DNA from: an uncultured Gammaproteobacteria bacterium | GTDB lineage: Bacteria; Acidobacteriota; Terriglobia; Terriglobales; Acidobacteriaceae | Assembly (NCBI GenBank): GCA_963744015.1 | Contig: CAVUSA010000002.1 | Coordinates: 7,395-71,394, forward strand | Reading direction: 5' to 3' | DNA: 64,000 nt | In this document: positions 61,506 through 64,000 of the stretch, piece by piece | Position numbering within the stretch: the first letter of the stretch is position 1 | Layout: each line of letters starts with the position of its first letter | Translations under genes and position numbers: made by a program | Notes under the pieces: generated by a model | Seen by the model: the letters and a program-made list of their open reading frames with translations, nothing else | What the model was told of the DNA's origin: nothing | Database searches by the model: none

Positions 61506-63353
61506 CAGCAGTTGCAGAAACAGGCGCAGCGGCCCGGCCGGCGCGTTCGGCGCATGCGGTTCACCACATGCCGTATGGAGCACAGGTGGAGCCGGACGGC
61601 AGCGTGAGATTCCGAGTTTGGGCTCCGCAGGCCGGAACGATGCTGCTGGCGCTCGAAGGGGAGACGGAGCCGCTGGAGATGACGTGCTCGGGCGGGGGCT
61701 GGCACGAGCTGACTACCGCTGCCGCGGGGGTCGGCTCGCGCTATCGGTACCTGCTTCCGAACGGGCTGCGGGTGCCGGATCCGGCCTCGCGCTTTCAGCC
61801 GGAGGACGTGAACGGACCGAGCGAGGTGATCGATCCGGCGGCCTACACCTGGCGCAACGGCGACTGGCGCGGATGCCCGTGGGAGCAGGCGGTGCTGTAC
61901 GAGCTGCACATCGGCACGTTTACGCCGGAGGGCACGTTTCTCGCGGCGATCGGGAAGCTGCGACCGCGCTGAAGGAACTGGGCGTCACGGCCATCGAGAT
62001 CATGTCGATCGGCGACTTCCCCGGACGCTGGAACTGGGGCTACGACGGTGTGCTTCTGTATGCGCCGGACGCGAGCTATGGCCGCCCCGAAGAGCTGAAG
62101 GCGCTTGTGGATGCGGCGCACGCGCTGGGGATCATGGTGATCCTGGATGTGGTGTACAACCACTTCGGTCCCGAGGGGAATTACATGCCGCAGTACTTCC
62201 CCGACATCGTGACCGAGCGCGTACGAGACACCGTGGGGGCAGGCGCTGAACTTCGACGCGCAGCACAGCGAACGCGACGCGCGAGTTCATCATCCACAAC
62301 GCGCTGTACTGGGTGGAGGAGTTCCGCATGGACGGGCTGCGGCTGGATGCGGTGCACGCCATGATCGACTACGAGCCCGATGCATATTCTGGATGAGCTG
62401 GCGCGAGCGCGGTGCGGGCGGTGGCGGGGGAACGCGGCACGTACACCTGATTCTCGAAAGCGACGACCGGGTGTGGCATCATCTGCGCCGCGACGAGATT
62501 CTGCAGCCGTTGTCCTCGACGGCGCAGTGGAACCATGACGTGCAGAACCTGCTGGCGCTGGCGCTGACCAGCGGGCGGGCGCGAAGACCGCGATCGTGCC
62601 GACACGGAGCTGCTGGGCAAGGCGCTGACGGAGGGCTTCACCTCCGGCCGCCACCATCGCAATGCGCCGGCGAGCGCGGCCGAGCTGGAGATCTCGCCGG
62701 CGGGCTTTATCTCGTTTCTGCAGACGCATGACGTGGTGGGAAACCGCATTGCGGGCGAGCGCCTGACGGCGCTGGCGCCGGCGCACGTGGTGCGGGCGAT
62801 CGCGTCGGTGTACCTGCTGGCGCCGCAGATCCCGATGCTGTTTATGGGCGAGGAGTGGGGTGCGTCGACGCCCTTTCCTTACTTCTGCGATTTTCATGGC
62901 GAGCTTGCCGAAGCCGTGCGGCGCGGGAGGCTGGAGCAGTTCGCCACGGCCGAGCAGCGGAGGGATCCGGCTTTCATCGCCGCGGCGCCCGATCCGCTTT
63001 CGCCCGGGACGGCCTTATCGGCCAAGCTGCGGTGGGAGGAACGCGAGGGGGCCGGACACGCAGAGTGGCTCGACTGGTACCGGCGCATTCTGCGGACGCG
63101 GCGGGAGGCGATCGTGCCCTGCCTGCGCGAACTGCATGCGACGCCCGGCTCGTACCATGTGGCGGGACCTCGGCAACTGGAGGTGCGCTGGAGCCTGGGC
63201 GGGCAGACCCTGCGCATGCGCGGCAACTTCTGTGCCAACGAAAGTGCCTGCTTCCATCGCCGCCGCGGCGAGCAGCTTTGGCTGGAAGGGACGGAGCCGA
63301 GCGGCCACTGCCTGGGGCCGTGGTCTGTTGCGTGGACGGTGGAACCGAAGTAA
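61502..63353 (+). CDS. treZ: Malto-oligosyltrehalose trehalohydrolase, copy 2 (several frameshifts)
   Basis: [53 protein letters not shown]; ATGA overlap with copy 1. Confidence 0.88.
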
Positions 63354-63410
63354 GCCAGCGTGCAGCTCAACGCCACGCAAGATCTCTTGAAGGTAGGTGC
63401 CAGAGTAAAG

Positions 63411-63441
63411 ACAACACGGAGATTCTGGCTTGGCGGAATGA
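63411..63441. repeat. Degenerate copy of the GGAGATTCTGGC REP-like unit
   Basis: acaacacggagattctggcttggcggaatga. Confidence 0.65.
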
Positions 63442-63509
63442 GGATCGTGATCGGCGCCTGCCGCCCCCGGTCCTTGCTCTTGCCGGAGGGACATGCTTTA
63501 ATCGGCTAT

Positions 63510-63592
63510 TGAAACAGGGGTGCTCCACGGAACGTGGGGCTGAGAGATACCCTTCGCACCCGAACCGGGTAATGCCGGCGTGGGAAGTTTTC
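63510..63592 (+). ncRNA. TPP riboswitch
   Basis: GGGGTGC...GCTGAGA, ATACCC, CCCGAACCGGGTAATGCCGGCGTGGGAAG core directly upstream of thiC. Confidence 0.95.
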
Positions 63593-63666
63593 TGAGACGA
63601 ACCCCGTTCTTCCGGGTCGTGTGCGAGTTCCCTCCTGTTTCCGTGCTGCACCGAGAGAGGAACTCC

Positions 63667-64000
63667 ATGACCGAGACCGCGGTAACCTTCGCCAACATCG
63701 TCAAGCCTGCGCCATACCCTGCATCCAGCAAGCAGTTCATCGAGGGTTCGAGCCCGGACATTCGCGTGCCCTATCGCGAGATCGCGCTGTCGCCCACGCT
63801 GCACGGTGACCGCATCGAAGAGAACCCTCCGCTGCCGGTGTACGACACCTCCGGCCCTTATACGCGATCCTGAGATCGAGGTGGACATTACGCGCGGGAC
63901 TGGCCCCGCTGCGCAAGGCGTGGATCGATGGGCGCAACGATACAGAGACGCTGCCGGCGGTGAGCTCTGCCTATGGACGCCAGCGCCAGAACGACCTGCT
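63667..64000 (+). CDS. thiC: Phosphomethylpyrimidine synthase ThiC, N-terminal part (runs off the window)
   Basis: [38 protein letters not shown], then [10 protein letters not shown] after a frameshift. Confidence 0.93.

Overview
High-GC bacterial chromosomal window. Gene content and intergenic repeat style suggest Acidobacteriota (Terriglobales-like); this is an inference. Many conserved genes are split by single-base indels, most likely long-read consensus errors, so coordinates of split genes are reconstructed. Contents in order: Spy/CpxP-like protein, SatP transporter, recA, yhhQ, a GxxExxY nuclease among palindromic repeats, tandem-domain thyX, fabG, desaturase, XRE regulator, rhomboid with a zinc-finger membrane protein, MBL hydrolase, ABC-F, an NHL lipoprotein and a ~2,080-aa NHL/Ig/pectinesterase surface protein, GT-C protein, CzcCBA-type RND system, ECF sigma/anti-sigma/Spy module, PBP, ftsZ, murC, S10 peptidase, a trehalose/alpha-glucan cluster (GH15, glgE, treS-mak, tandem treZ) with an inserted nucleotidyltransferase pair, mocA/xdhC, tRNA-Pro(CGG), and TPP riboswitch-thiC. 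The best candidates for an undescribed system are (1) a four-gene envelope module after tRNA-Pro (ACP-like protein, beta-rich secreted protein, multi-TM/Ig protein, signal-less DUF1906 hydrolase) preceded by a 27-bp direct-repeat element, and (2) the GxxExxY gene with three architecturally related palindromes.
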